Below are positions 45,701 through 59,266 of a DNA stretch of 64,000 nucleotides, in pieces. The stretch's first letter is position 1; the number at the start of each line of letters is the position of its first letter. The position numbers and the translations under genes were made by a program. The stretch is from Octopus vulgaris (lineage: Eukaryota): the NCBI GenBank assembly GCA_951406725.2, contig OX597823.1:107632001-107696000 (forward strand). The letters are read 5' to 3'. Below the pieces are notes generated by a model. That model saw nothing but the letters and a program-made list of their open reading frames with translations. It did no database searches and was not told the DNA's origin.

Positions 45701-45931
45701 TACATATATATATGTATGTGTGTGTGTATATATATATGTATATATATATGTATATGTGTGTATATATAATATATATATAATGTATATATAATATATATAT
45801 ATAATAGATATGTATAATGTATATAATATATATATATATATATATAATAGATATACATTATACATATATATATATATTATATGTATATATATATGTATAA
45901 TGTATATATGATATATATACATTATACACAT

Positions 45932-46082
45932 ATCATCATCATCATCATCATCATCATCATCGTTTAACGTCCGCTTTCCATGCTAGCATGGGTTGGACGG
46001 TTCAACTGGGGTCTGGGAGCCCGAAGGCTGCACCAGGCCAGTCAGATTTGGCAGTGTTTCTACAGCTGGATGCCCTTCCTAA
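45932..46082 (-). mobile_element. RTE tail element
   Basis: (CAT)n CGTTTAACGTCCGCTTTCCATGCTAGCATGGGTTGGACGG...GCTGGATGCCCTTCCTAA. Confidence 0.85.
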
Positions 46083-46126
46083 TAAATATATATATATATA
46101 TATATATATTATGTATATGATGATGA

Positions 46127-46317
<191 letters not shown>

Positions 46318-46444
46318 ATATATATATATATTCAATATATATATATATTCAATATATATATATATATTCAATATATATATATATAATATATATATATATA
46401 TATTCAATATATATATATATATATTCAATATATATATATATATT

Positions 46445-46503
<59 letters not shown>

Positions 46504-46561
46504 ATATATATAAATATATATTCAAGATATATATATATATACAATATATATATACAATATA

Positions 46562-46850
46562 TATTCTTTTATTCTTTTTTCTTGTTTTAGCCCTGCGGTC
46601 ATGCTGGAGCATCACCTAGGTCTTTCAGATTTCCTCAGTGTGGGGCGTTTCACATCACCATTCCTATATGTCACTTTGTTCCTGGTGTTGGCCTATTTGA
46701 TGTATAAAGGCGTTTAATTCCACTGCCCTCGTCTGTGCCTCATGTCAGGTTGTTGGTTCATCTGGTATTGTTGAGAGGAGGTTGGCTAATTTCCTTTTGA
46801 AGACATGTACTTGCACCTTATGTAGATTTCTCAATTCTGTATTTCTTAAG
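46562..46850 (-). mobile_element. CR1-group LINE 3' end with a tail shared with SINE family A
   Basis: Minus translation ELRNLHKVQVHVFKRKLANLLSTIPDEPTT, then GGTGATGCTCCAGCATGACCGCAG...AAACAAGAAAAAAGAATAAAAGAAT. Confidence 0.75.
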
Positions 46851-46872
46851 TATATGTGTATATATATATATT

Positions 46873-46936
<64 letters not shown>

Positions 46937-46994
46937 CACACACAAACACAGACATATATATGCATATGCACACACATTTGTGTATATATATGCG

Positions 46995-47054
<60 letters not shown>

Positions 47055-47222
47055 TATATATATATGTGTGTATGTATGCACATACTCACACACAGAAATA
47101 TATATACATATATATATATGTATACATATACTATTTTAACATCCACTTTTTCATGTTTACATAGGTCAGATGGATTTTGTTGAGGCAGATTTTCATATGC
47201 ATATCTATATTTTATTCATTGC

Positions 47223-47249
<27 letters not shown>

Positions 47250-47253
<4 letters not shown>

Positions 47254-47630
47254 GTATGGCTGTGTGGTAAGAATGTTGTTTCTAGCCCACATGACTCCCC
47301 TTTCACTTCCAATGTGTGGCACATTGGACAAGTGTCTTCTGCTATAACCCGGGTTGACCAAAATGTTTTGAGTGGATTTTGTTGACAGAAACTAATAGAA
47401 ATCCATCGTCTGTGACTTTGTGTCTATGTTTTATCGCACACCACTTCTTGACAACCAGTGTTGTGTTTATGTTCCCATAACTTATCAGTTTGGCAAAAGA
47501 GACTGATAGAATAAGTATCAAGCTATAAATGAAATAGCAGTGGGGTTGATTCCTTTGACTAAGACTTTTAAAGGGGGTGCTCCAGCATGGCTGCAGTCTA
47601 ATGAGTGAAACAATTAACAAAAAAGGTAAA
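47250..47630 (+). mobile_element. CORE-type SINE family A, full length, diverged
   Basis: TGGCTGTGTGGTAAG head through GGTGCTCCAGCATGGCTGCAGTC tail. Confidence 0.85.
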
Positions 47631-48036
47631 AGATATATGTGTGTGTATACACACACACACATAGATATACATGTATATATGTTCATACATATATATATAT
47701 ATATACATGCATAACCATATATATATATAGATAGATAGATAGATATTGATATGGATATATATGCACACACACATGCAACTTTTAACTTTCTTTTATTTGT
47801 TTTAGTTATTGACTGCAACCAAATCGTTGATAGTTATTTTATCAGTGTCTTTCCACAAATTGCTAAGTTAGAAAAACGTAAACATTATGCATATATATGT
47901 GTATATATATATATTTATATATCTATATATGTGTGTGTCTATGTAAATATATATATATATATGTAAATATATATATATGTAAATATATATATATATGTAT
48001 ATATATATGTATGTATATGCATATATATTCATATAA

Positions 48037-48068
<32 letters not shown>

Positions 48069-48131
48069 ATGCATATATATTCATATAAATATGTATATAT
48101 ATATGTATGTATATGCATATATATTCATATA

Positions 48132-48163
<32 letters not shown>

Positions 48164-48244
48164 ATGCATATATATTCATATAAATATGTATATATATATG
48201 AATGCATATGTGTATTAATGTAGATATGTACATTTATATATGTC

Positions 48245-48288
<44 letters not shown>

Positions 48289-48319
48289 CATATATGTATT
48301 TTTTTTTGTATGTATATGT

Positions 48320-48525
48320 GTGACCACACATGGATTGTTGGTAATTTCTCCTTATATTCCCTTCTTTCTCTTTGGACTTTCCGCTTTCCAACGAAGAGCT
48401 ATCCTCGGAACGTTAACAACTCTCTTTTTTTCACTGAGCATCAAATGAATATATTGCTTGCGCATGTCCTCATGTGCGTTGTTTTTTGCTATTTTCTCTT
48501 GTTTTGTTTTGTTCTTCGAATTGAC
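48320..48525 (+). mobile_element. Probable Penelope-like pLTR relic (second copy)
   Basis: CCAACGAAGAGCTATCCTCGGAACGTTAAC; colinear with 13045-13265. Confidence 0.45.
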
Positions 48526-48529
48526 TATA

Positions 48530-48584
<55 letters not shown>

Positions 48585-48585
<1 letters not shown>

Positions 48586-48750
48586 TGGTGTGTTTACATC
48601 CATGTAACTTAGCGGTTCTGCAAAAGAGACTGATAAAATATGTACCAGGCTTTCAAGGAATAAGTCCTACGGCTGATTTATTCCAATAATGGGGATGCTC
48701 CAGCATGGCTGCAGTCAAATGACTGAAACAAGTAAAAGAATAAAACAATA
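48585..48750 (+). mobile_element. CORE-type SINE family A, 3' part
   Basis: GTAACTTAGCGGTTCTGCAAAAGAGACTGATA...GCTCCAGCATGGCTGCAGTCAAATGACTGAAACAAGTAAAAG. Confidence 0.85.
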
Positions 48751-48754
48751 AAAG

Positions 48755-48805
<51 letters not shown>

Positions 48806-48900
48806 TATATACGTATTTATATATATTAGATGTGTATGTATATTTATTATATATATATTCATATAAATATATTATATATATATCATATAATTATATTATA

Positions 48901-48948
<48 letters not shown>

Positions 48949-48962
48949 TTATATATTATATA

Positions 48963-49175
48963 TAGTGTTGTCTGGAAAGTCCATGCTGATTTATAGTAGC
49001 TTACCCTCCCAGGCACCTCAGTTCTAGGAAGAGGGTATTTTCAAGTTAAAGGAAAGATGGAAATGCAGCGTGCAACAAAATGGTTCATATTTTGTTGATT
49101 AGAAATGTAATGGCAAGTATTTATTGACCTTTTTCTTTCCTTTAAAAATCGGCACGTACTTTCCGGACAACCCAA
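48963..49175 (+). mobile_element. Mariner-derived MITE (internal deletion derivative)
   Basis: TIRs of about 30 bp TAGTGTTGTCTGGAAAGTCCATGCTGATTT / AAATCGGCACGTACTTTCCGGACAACCCAA, TA on both sides; interior encodes a mariner C-terminus F*EEGIFKLKERWKCSVQQNGSYFVD*. Confidence 0.85.
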
Positions 49176-49250
49176 TATATATTTTTTTTATTTATATATA
49201 ATATATAGATATATATCTATATGATATATATATATACATATTTATGTATG

Positions 49251-49294
<44 letters not shown>

Positions 49295-49326
49295 ATTTTT
49301 ATATATATGATAGATATATACATATT

Positions 49327-49365
<39 letters not shown>

Positions 49366-49456
49366 GATAGATATATACATATTTATATATGATATATATA
49401 CATATTTATATATGATATATATGTATTTATATACGATTCATATTTATATTTAATAC

Positions 49457-49487
<31 letters not shown>

Positions 49488-49978
49488 TATATATACACCC
49501 ATGCATGCACACATATATACATATTTATATATATATATAATATATATATACACATGTGTGTGTGTGTGTGTGTGCGTGTGTCTCCCAGTCTTTAAGTTTC
49601 TTGCTGTGGTTGTGAACTTGTCATATAGTTGGTTTTCTTCTAATCAGCAATTTGACTTCTTGTGTATGATATAATATATGGCTGAGTGCTGTCCACTACA
49701 CTGTATAATCATAGTGGACAGTGTACATACATACATACATACATATAACCTCATACAGCATGCTGGTGTATGTCTGTGTGTGCATGTGTGTGTGCCTGCA
49801 CAAATACATGCAGAATAACATATGGCCGGCTCTGCATTCATTTCCTATATATATGTATTTTTCTTTTACACATTGTGTTTCTTTCCCTCTCTTTCCTTTC
49901 TTTCTATTCCTCTTTCTCTCTATCTCAGTTTTGTCTTTCTTGCTGTATTTCTATTTCTTTATAGCTCCTAAATCTCAG

Positions 49979-50040
<62 letters not shown>

Positions 50041-50284
50041 TAGAGATACACACATACATTTTTTAATTTTTATTTTTGGTAAGCTTAAATAATACATGTT
50101 ATAAAAAAATTAATAAGAGAGGTTAATGGTTAATAACTTTACATGGTGTTCCACTATTTGATGGTTAGGACCACTTCAGGAAATTTTTTGTAGAAAAGGT
50201 GTTGTTAGCTAACTTTTCTCTGCTCAGATTTTCTGAAGAAGGTCGCTCTTTCTCTCTCTCTCTCTCTCTCTCTACATATGTATA

Positions 50285-50497
50285 TATTTCTTTACTGCCC
50301 ACAAGGGGCTAAACACAGAGGGGACAAACAAGGACAGACGAAGGGATTGAGTCGATTATATCACCCCCAGTGCGAAACTGGTACTTAATTTATCGACCCC
50401 GAAAGGATTAAAGGCAAAGTTGACCTTGGCGGAATTTGAACTCAGAACGTAACAACAGACGAAATACCGCTAAGCATTTCGCCCGGCGTGCTGCCTT
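50285..50497 (-). mobile_element. tRNA-derived Meta-type SINE family B
   Basis: Minus strand GCACGCCGGGCGAAATGCTTAGCGGTATTTCG...GAGTTCAAATTCCGCC...GCCTTTAATCCTTTCGGGGTCGATAAATTAAGTACCAG. Confidence 0.9.
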
Positions 50498-50544
50498 ATC
50501 TCTACATATATATATATATCTACATATATATATATATATATATA

Positions 50545-50720
50545 TAATGTACCTAGTACACTCTGTAAAGTGGTTGACCTTAAGAAGGGCATCCTGCCAT
50601 AGAAACCATGCCAACACAGACAGTAGAGCTTGGCATTGGCCTCTGGCTCACTAATTTCTGTCAGACCACCCAACCCATGGCAGCATGGAAAAACGGATAT
50701 TACATGATGATGGTGAATGG
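50545..50720 (+). mobile_element. RTE tail element
   Basis: ACACTCTGTAAAGTGGTTGACCTTAAGAAGGGCATCC...CAACCCATGGCAGCATGGAAAAACGG. Confidence 0.8.
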
Positions 50721-52540
50721 TGATAATATGAAAGCACACACACACTTTAAATAGCATTTCCATACTTTAAATTCATACACATTATATTCGAATTATGTAC
50801 CAGTTGTAATTTTTATCATCCAATATTTAAATTCTGTTGTGAACACTTGGCCTGTATGTGATGGATTTCTATACTTTTTAATCTACTTGTTTGAGGTTTA
50901 ATGGTAATTTTTTTTCTAATAGTACAGTTTTTGTTGTAGTGTGTTTGCTATTGTTTAAGATAAATTTAATTGACAACGTTTATTATTCGGTGTTTTATTA
51001 GTTGGTGCATTTTTCCCCTCCTGGACGGTTGTCATTTTCTTTTGTTATATTTTGGGATCTTAAGAGAAAATAGGATGTTGTGAGGTTGATGTTTCCCAAT
51101 AGAATTAGTTGTGATTTCTGCTATTTTTATTCCTTTCAAATATAATAACAGCCCAACTATTACAATCACACAAACAAATGTGCTTGTAGGAGAAGAAAAA
51201 AGGGTAAATAATCCATATGTAGAGGAAAGGGATGGAAAACCATGAAGACATCGTCCAACTGTCTCCTGTCCACTTCTCCTCTAGCTATCACCCAATCCTT
51301 CTACTCTTGTCATGTGAAATTCTTTCAGTTTTTTTCTTCTTTTTTTCTTTTGACATATTTTGTCTTTGTGATGCAGGAAGTGCTAGTTCAAAGTGGACTC
51401 TAAGCAAAACAAAAGAAACCTCTCTCCCTCTCTCTCTTTTGGTTCTATTCTCTTCCTAACCATCTCCTTATTTCACTCAACCAGCTGCTACTGCTGTTTC
51501 ACCCCTACCCTATCAATTTTCTTATTATCTGGACTTTAACTCATACAGGCACACATTCTCTGTCTGTCCCTCTCTTTTCCTAAACCTTACCTCCTTGTAT
51601 AGTGGCTGAAGGGAGTAAAAAGTTTCGGATTGTTGGCATGCAGTGGTAATACTCAGGCTTAAAACAAACAGCAGGAGTGGAGGTGGTGTTTATCAGTCTC
51701 CAATCATCATAATAGCCAACAACAAAATTTAAGGCTTCAAATTTTCATACATTACTTCTGCCCCTCCCTCTTTTCTCCTATATTTTTATATCAGTAAACA
51801 GTGTGTTAATTAGGCAGAAGGATGAAGGTGGGTGGTAACAGGGTTTATTGATATAGAGTTCTTTGTTTCATTTGAAGAACTTTGTTTTTTGTTTTGTGTG
51901 TGTGTGGTGGTAGGTCTATTGTTCCCTTATTTCATTCCTTCAGTTTGAATAGCATCACATCCTGTTCTAAAATACCCTTAAATAGCAGGAACCATCACAT
52001 TTCATGTTTCCCATTTTTAACTCTTCATCATAATTCTACTTTCTTCCTGCCTCATTTAACATAAAAAATGTACAACACACACCACACTACACACAATATG
52101 TGTTCCAGGAGAGATTCTTATAGCATTAAATAATGCAAACAACAATCTAGGATATAGTGAATGCATCAAGAATAATGTCAATATGGCCCATAGATCCTTA
52201 GATCTTTCCCATCCAGAGATCTTGATACTACCACCCTTCTTTTCTCTACATTTGTCTGGTCTCATCACAAATACTGCTGCCCATCAGTGCCATCTTTAGA
52301 CAAGGGCACCTTTGACACTTTCCCAGGGGCCTAATTCTGACCTGTGTATGATGTGACTTGCTATCAATAAATAGATAGGATCTAGTCTTTCTCATTCGCA
52401 AAATGAACCCCACTTAATTTTGCTCAGATTGCTTTCAATTTTGGTGAATCAATGCGTCTCTGAATTTTGATCATGATCAACCAATAAATTAAAGAATCTA
52501 ATGTTATTTGGAATTAAAGTTGGGAAGTTTGGGTAATTTT

Positions 52541-52588
52541 AGCCAATCAACAGACAGCGTTGCATTAGCAGCTTGTTACTATGACAAC
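52541..52588. promoter_or_regulatory. CCAAT box plus RFX X-box module
   Basis: AGCCAATCA at 52541-52549 and GTTACTATGACAAC at 52575-52588 (exact GTHNYY-AT-RRNAAC) in unique DNA. Confidence 0.45.
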
Positions 52589-53579
52589 TGCACGCTGAGT
52601 TGTGGTTCACAGTTGTCTGTGCCGCTGCTGTCTATGTTGATTTTTCAAATGTGCTTCTGTGTGTTAGTATTTTTACATATTTTTCATTTCATATAATTTC
52701 GGTACCCATTGACTCAGATAGCCAGATTTATGATTTCACTATTCATAAAAATTTTAATTAGGGTTATTTCTTAAACCGTTAGCTTCACATTTCAACAGCT
52801 TAACTGAAATTTAGCCCATGTAACAGGAACTGAGAGGGATATCATGGAACAGAGAAACTTTAGGTGATACAGATAATTTGACATTATTTTTGAATTCTGC
52901 ATGCAAAAACATATAAGATACAGGTATTCTTTTCCTTGAGATAAATTCTTTGTTGACCAGTATTATTCTTATCGTAATTTAAAAATCCAAGCATGAAAAC
53001 GTTACTTAACTTTGGAGTTTTGGAGACAGATGCCCCCTTTTCATACACACACTCACACACACACTTATATATTAATGGTGTACACAAATACATGACAGGT
53101 ATACATAATACTGAAATACGCATAATGTAAACATGCTGAAAATATATTAATATAGCAAATTTTTAAAATAATTAAAAAATACAATCAATGAAGAGACAAA
53201 AGAAACAGTAAAATGATACATGTTGATTTTATTAAGTATTTCTGTTTATTTAGAAACCTACAACGAACAGGTCAGACACAAAACTATAAATTTCACAGGG
53301 TACAACCTTAAAGTTGACACCGCTGCGCTAAGCACAAAAAATTTCTGTCTCACTATTGGCTCAAAATACAGTTCTTTTCAATTTTTAAACCTCTATAGCT
53401 TTTTTCTCCAATTTTTTTTCACTACAACATCAGACTTTCAAAGCAACAAGACTGGAAGGTTACATTATTATAGCCAATTTTCAGATTGTAAAAAAAATGC
53501 ATATTTTGTGAATGCAAAAACTAGATCCAATAAATACTATATGGCCCAGTGCACTGATTTACCTGACAGCCTATAATGC

Positions 53580-54409
53580 TGCTTTGACAGCCTTGTCACC
53601 CACTTGAGTCTCCCTCCACAAAACAAAACATGATCCCAATAATCAGAACTTGATTATTGGGATTAACCCCAAAAGCTCAAAAACTTTATTCCTGTCCACC
53701 CCCACTGTGAACATCATCAGCCTATTTCTGGTCCATCTACATATTCTTTAATACTGCAGCTTTCCACCATTCTTGTACTGCCACTTATCACCATCTTCTT
53801 TCTGAGCTACTCCTATCTCCCCCCCACCACTACCACACCTGCCCAATACTGATATTTACCATCAGAAGCATTATACCCATCTCAAACCATCTGCCATGTT
53901 ACTTTCACATTCTAATGAATTTATTCACTTACTCTTCCCTATGGTTTGTTTATATCTTTTCTTATACTCAACCTTATTGTATCTTGAGAATCTGCTCTGA
54001 TACATCATCACCACCATCATTACCTTCTTTTGAGCTACCTCAACCACCCTTACATAACGTGCAGTCACTATATATCTCACCTCTATAGTAAGACACCTGT
54101 GCCTGTCCCTATGTTGTACTTTGACCTCTCAACACTTGGGATAAAGACACTTTTTTCTCTACTATAACCTCACTTGATTAAGGGGACATTTTCTTTGTTG
54201 TGTGAGTTAGTTGATAAACTCATTAGTACTCCTATCACAAAAAAAAAGAGAAAAATGCACTCAGTACACTCTGTAAACTCGTTGCATTAGGAAGGGCATC
54301 CAACCCTAAACCATGCTGAAGCAAACATTGGAGTTCAACAAAGATCGTTGGATCCTGTCACACCATCCAGTCCATGGGAGCAGTGAAGACGAATTTTAAA
54401 AGATGATTA

Positions 54410-54410
<1 letters not shown>
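53580..54410 (+). mobile_element. Old RTE-type pyrimidine-rich 3' UTR and tail
   Basis: Ends AGTACACTCTGTAAAC...TTAGGAAGGGCATCCAACC...CCATCCAGTCCATGG; 5' limit uncertain. Confidence 0.55.
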
Positions 54411-54450
<40 letters not shown>

Positions 54451-54628
54451 ATTTGAATATGCAACTAAAAGAGTTCCTAACAATTTCATATTTTTACGAT
54501 AATTGAACAGGCATATAAAATATGCTATCTTTAAGCATTCAAATTCTGTTTTAGCACTTTTCATTGTGTATTTATCTCACACTGGCTGGAGTACATTTTT
54601 TGTTCATTCTACTTCTGTTGGATCTTTA

Positions 54629-54669
<41 letters not shown>

Positions 54670-54694
54670 CATTCTTACATATATGTACATATGT

Positions 54695-54740
<46 letters not shown>

Positions 54741-54791
54741 ATGTATATATGCATACATGTATAAATATATGTATGTATATATGTATACTTG

Positions 54792-54824
<33 letters not shown>

Positions 54825-54871
54825 GTATGCATATATGTATACATGTATATATATATGTGTATACCTGTATC

Positions 54872-54918
<47 letters not shown>

Positions 54919-54965
54919 GTATGCATATATGTATATATATATATATATATATGTATACCTGTATC

Positions 54966-55014
<49 letters not shown>

Positions 55015-55053
55015 CTCGGTGTTTTATCTTGACTATTGAGTAATGTAACATAT

Positions 55054-55089
<36 letters not shown>

Positions 55090-55134
55090 ATCCATAGTTA
55101 TACATATAAACATTGATACATGCATATTTATATA

Positions 55135-55495
55135 CGTGACTGTGTGGTAAAAGCTTGCTTCTGAACCACATGATTCTGGGTTCAGTCCTACTGTGTGGCA
55201 CCATTGGCAAATGTTTTCTACTAAAGCCTTGAGCTAACCAAAACCTTGTGAGCGGATTTGGTAGATGGAAACTGAAAGATATATTTATAATATATGTATA
55301 TGTTTGTGTTATACCCCCACCGTCGCTTGACAACGGATGTTGGTCATCCTTGTAACTTAGCGATTCGGCAAAAGAAACCGATAGAATAAGTACTAGGCTT
55401 ACAAAGAATAAGTCCTGGAGTCGATTTGTTCGACTAAAGGCGGTGCTCCAGCATGGTCGCAGTCAAATAACAGAAATAAGTAAAGGAATATAAAG
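55135..55495 (+). mobile_element. CORE-type SINE family A, full length
   Basis: Head TGACTGTGTGGTAAAAGCTTGC; tail GTCGATTTGTTCGACTAAAGGCGGTGCTCCAGCATGG. Confidence 0.92.
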
Positions 55496-57409
55496 TATAT
55501 ATATATTTCTTCTTCCTTCTCTCTCTCTCTCTCACACTATATATATATGGCATCTATGAAGAATAGATTGGGAAACTATGCACTCCACCTGAAATTTGTA
55601 TTCGTCTTTTCGGATGTTTACATCTTAAGTCTACGATCCTTGAAAAAAAAGTTGGGCAGGTTAGGGAGATTTTTCCCTCACCTCCGTAATTTTTCACTCT
55701 GACGTTTTTGAAAAACTATTCAGTTTTATGTTAAAGGTAATTTCAAAAGAAAGACAAAATTGGCACCCTTCTCTTTCTCTCTCTCTCTCTCTCTTTTTTA
55801 TTCTTTCTGAATCCTAACCAATGATGCCTTTACATATGAAGAAATTTCGTTTGGCCCATTGAATAATTTTCGATTCTAGTCTTTTGGAACGCCGTAGAAT
55901 AGATTCGGAAATTATTTAGTGCGCCCCAAAACAGTAAATTCTTCGGATCGATATGTTTAGTATGAGTCTGTAAAGTGAGTGGTAGAGAAAGGGGGAGGGT
56001 AAAGGAGTGAGAAAGAGGAAGAGAGAAAGAAAGAGAGAGAGAGAGAGTTTTAAAAAAAGGGTTATGTGTCTCTTCTCTTTTCTGTAAATTTATATTTTTA
56101 GCTTTTTGGTAAAATAATATCGGATTTACGCTGCGCATAAATTTGAAGAATCATAATCTTATATATTTTTTTTTTAAATGTTCAAAAGGAAGACAAAACT
56201 GAAGAATTAACGAAAGAGAACTGCCTCCTTCCATCACAAAAACAAAAACAACGCAAGACTCGTTATCTACAATGCTTTAAACATAGGAGACCCGAAGAAA
56301 TTACTGTTTTCTTGGGGAATACATAATAATAATAAAATAAAAAAGCATGTTCCTATAGTGTATATATTTATGCAATATGTATATGTATATGTATATATAT
56401 CTAACAATGTGTGTGTGTGTGTGCTTTTCATACACAGCAAGTGGAGGAGATGAAGTCTTCTAGCTTTCGCTCGTTGCTTTCGTTGTGTCTGTGTGTTTGC
56501 TCCACTTGCCGACTGCCTGCTCGCGCGCTCGTTACCCCCCCCCCCCCCACTATATTTTCTCTCTCTCTTTCTTCCTCTCTCTCTCTCTCTCTCCCATTGA
56601 CACACACACACATGCTTGTGTAGTGCTGCTGTTCATTTTCATGAATGACACGTTCTCGGAGATGCTGCTGCTGCTGTTATTTCGCTGTTTCACTCTGGTG
56701 GTTGTGGGTGATGATGGTAGAGCAATAGTTTAGAGTAAGAGTGGGCGCTGGTGTACTAAGTTGTAACGATGATGATAGTATAATAAGTTGTAAGTGTTGG
56801 TGGTTAACTAATGTTCTAGGAGTGGTAGTAAATTTCATTTACTGCAGTATTGGTCGTAGTAGTGGTGTTGTCAATTGAAACTAAATCATAAAATGTACGC
56901 AAATGTGAAAACAAACAAAAAACCAAAACCCAGCAACCTTTCCTTGCCTGTGTCACTCGGATGGAAAGTTTTTAATATGCTTCTTTACCCATGTAACTAA
57001 CCTAATAATGGATGAACACTCTCTTAATCGTTTGTGTTCGGACCTGCGTCAAAGGCATTTCTGCTGTGATCACGGCTTTTATTTTCAGATACTTTCTTCA
57101 ATGTCCTTCCCCATTTAAAACACTGTAAGGATGTGATTTGAAGGCGATAGTGTTGCTATTTCTAACATGTCAAATGACTTCGTACAGGCACCTTCGTACA
57201 GACTCGTTATTTTGTTATTGTTCTAGTGTTCCGTTAGGAAACCGGACGCGATGTGTTTCCTCCAGGTAGCTAGACATTGTTTTCTCCTGTATCTGGACTT
57301 GTGAGTAGTAATAATTCCTTAGGTAGCTGGTCTCTATCAGCACCTCACTAGAAGACTAATCAGACTTCACACATAACTGTACCAATGACGCTATAATAAT
57401 AATAATAAT

Positions 57410-57630
57410 ATATTTCTTTACTACCCACAAGGGGCTAAACACAGAGGGGACAGACAAAGGGATTAAGTCGATTACATCGACTCCAGTGCGAAACTGGTAC
57501 TTAATTTATCGACCCAGAAAGGATGAAAGGCAAAGTCGACCTCGGCGGAATTTGAACTCAGAACATAACGACAGACGAAATACCGCTAAGCATTTCGTCC
57601 AGCGCGCTAACGTGTCTGCCAGCTCGCCGC
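57410..57630 (-). mobile_element. Meta-type SINE family B with target-site duplication
   Basis: Full head GGCGAGCTGGCAGACACGTTAGCGCGC; flanked by the direct repeat CGCTATAATAATAATAATAAT at 57389-57409 and 57628-57648. Confidence 0.92.
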
Positions 57631-58147
57631 TATAATAATAATAATAATCTACCAACACATCACAGACTACAGGGCCCCGTTATAACCTACACTGTTGATC
57701 ACATCACACTTGATCATTAGCATACAGAGTTGGGGGCCAACAAGTTTCTTCTAAATTTTACAATTTCAGTTTTAATCTTAAGTGCGTGTGTGTGTGTGCG
57801 TATGAGCGTTCACATATGTGAAGGAAAATGCGTGTGTGCTTCCGTTAGCTGCTGATTCCTCGTTTGTGAAATCCCTTCTTACATCAACGTTAACTTATTA
57901 CTCATGTCCTTGTTGATTGGATAGATTTATCATCAAAGGCATTCCAGCTGTGACCATCATGTCTTTTAAGTAGTGTGTCTGTGGCTACACTATCCATGTT
58001 CTTTCATTATCTAAGATGCTTGAGTGCAAGATTTTATGTATATTTGGTTACTATTTCAAACACATCGAATGATCCTGTTATAAGCTTTTTTCTTGTTTAG
58101 CCGCAGATCAACACTGCTTCGGTAAACATACATAAAACTGCTCCAGC

Positions 58148-58460
58148 CAGCGGCGAGCTGGCAGAAACGTTAGCACGCCGGGCGAAATGCGTAGCCGTAT
58201 TTCGTCTGCCGTTACGTTCTGAGTTCAAATTCCGCCGAGGTCGACTTTGCCTTTCATCCTTTCGGGGTCGATAAATAAAGTAAGTACCAGTTACGCACTA
58301 GGATCGATATAATCGACTTAATCCCTTTGTTTGTCCCCTCTATGTGTAGCCGGGGTCGATAAATAAAGTAAGTACCAGTTATGCACTGGAATCGATATAA
58401 TCGACTTAATCCCTTTGTTTGTCCCCTCTATGTGTAGCCCCTTGTGTGCAATAAAGAAAT
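58148..58460 (+). mobile_element. Meta-type SINE family B with an internal 88-bp tandem duplication
   Basis: GGCGAGCTGGCAGAAACGTTAGCACGCCGGGCG...GGTCGACTTTGCCTTTCATCCTTTCGGGGTCGATAAA; 58263-58350 is repeated at 58351-58438. Confidence 0.92.
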
Positions 58461-58634
58461 ATATATGTTAATTAGTGTCCTTTCTTTATCTAAAATGGTA
58501 AGATGAAATCTGGAAGAGATTTTGCTGCTATTTCTTGCAGGTCAAGCAAGAACTTAAAGACTCCTTTCTTTTTTCGCTTTCCTCTTTGTTATTGTTACTA
58601 ATGGCGTTGATGTTAATGTTGTCATTGACAATAA

Positions 58635-59250
58635 TTAAAGAGCTGCGACTGACAGAATCGTTAACAGCATTACTTCCCTTCCGATTCTTTACGTTATGAG
58701 TTCAAACCTCGCTGAGGTCAACTTTGCTTTTCTTCCACTCTGGGTTGATAAAAGTACCAGATAAGTACTGGGTTCTATCTAATCGACATACCTATACCCC
58801 TCAGAATTGATGGCCTCATCCCAAAGTTTGAAAGAATTATTGTTGGCGAGCTGGCAGAAACGTTAGCACGCCGGACGAAATGCTTAGCAGTATTTCGTCT
58901 GCCGCTACTTTCTGAGTTCAAATTCCGCCGAGGCCGACTTTTCCTTCCATCTTTTCGGGGTTGATTAAATAAGTGCCAGTTACGCGCTGGGGTCGATATA
59001 ATCGACTTAATCTGTTTGTCTACCCTTGTTTGTCCTCTCTGTGTTTAGCCCCTTGTGGGTAGTAAAGAAATAGGTATTTTATCTGACTTCATGTTCTGAG
59101 TTCAAATTCTGCCGAGGTCGACTTTACCTTTCATCTTTTCAGGGTCTACAAAATAAGTACCAGTTGAGTACTGGGGTCGATGTAATTGACTAGTCCCCTC
59201 CCACACCAAATTTCAGTCCTTGTGCCTATAGTAGAAAGGATTATTATTAT
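58635..59250 (+). mobile_element. Tandem family B SINEs (diverged monomer, then dimeric copy) ending in (ATT)n
   Basis: Three GAGTTCAAA...GAGGTC(G/A)ACTTT-like cores; tail CCTTGTGCCTATAGTAGAAAGGATTATTATT. Confidence 0.88.
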
Positions 59251-59266
59251 TGTTGTTGTTGTTGTT

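Larger units (their letters stand above)
57030..58565 (+). repeat. Three old copies of an unclassified interspersed repeat (about 57030-57195, 57915-58080, and 58095-58565 split by a SINE)
   Basis: Recurrent TCAAAGGCATT.C.GCTGTGA...TGCTATTTCT motifs; related pieces near 2325-2395 and 3040-3135. Confidence 0.45.
55300..59200. promoter_or_regulatory. CpG-retaining island 3 with a promoter-like core at about 56400-56760
   Basis: CpG-rich, with GCTCGCGCGCTCG, a poly-C run and (CT)n; SINEs inside keep their CpGs. Confidence 0.5.
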
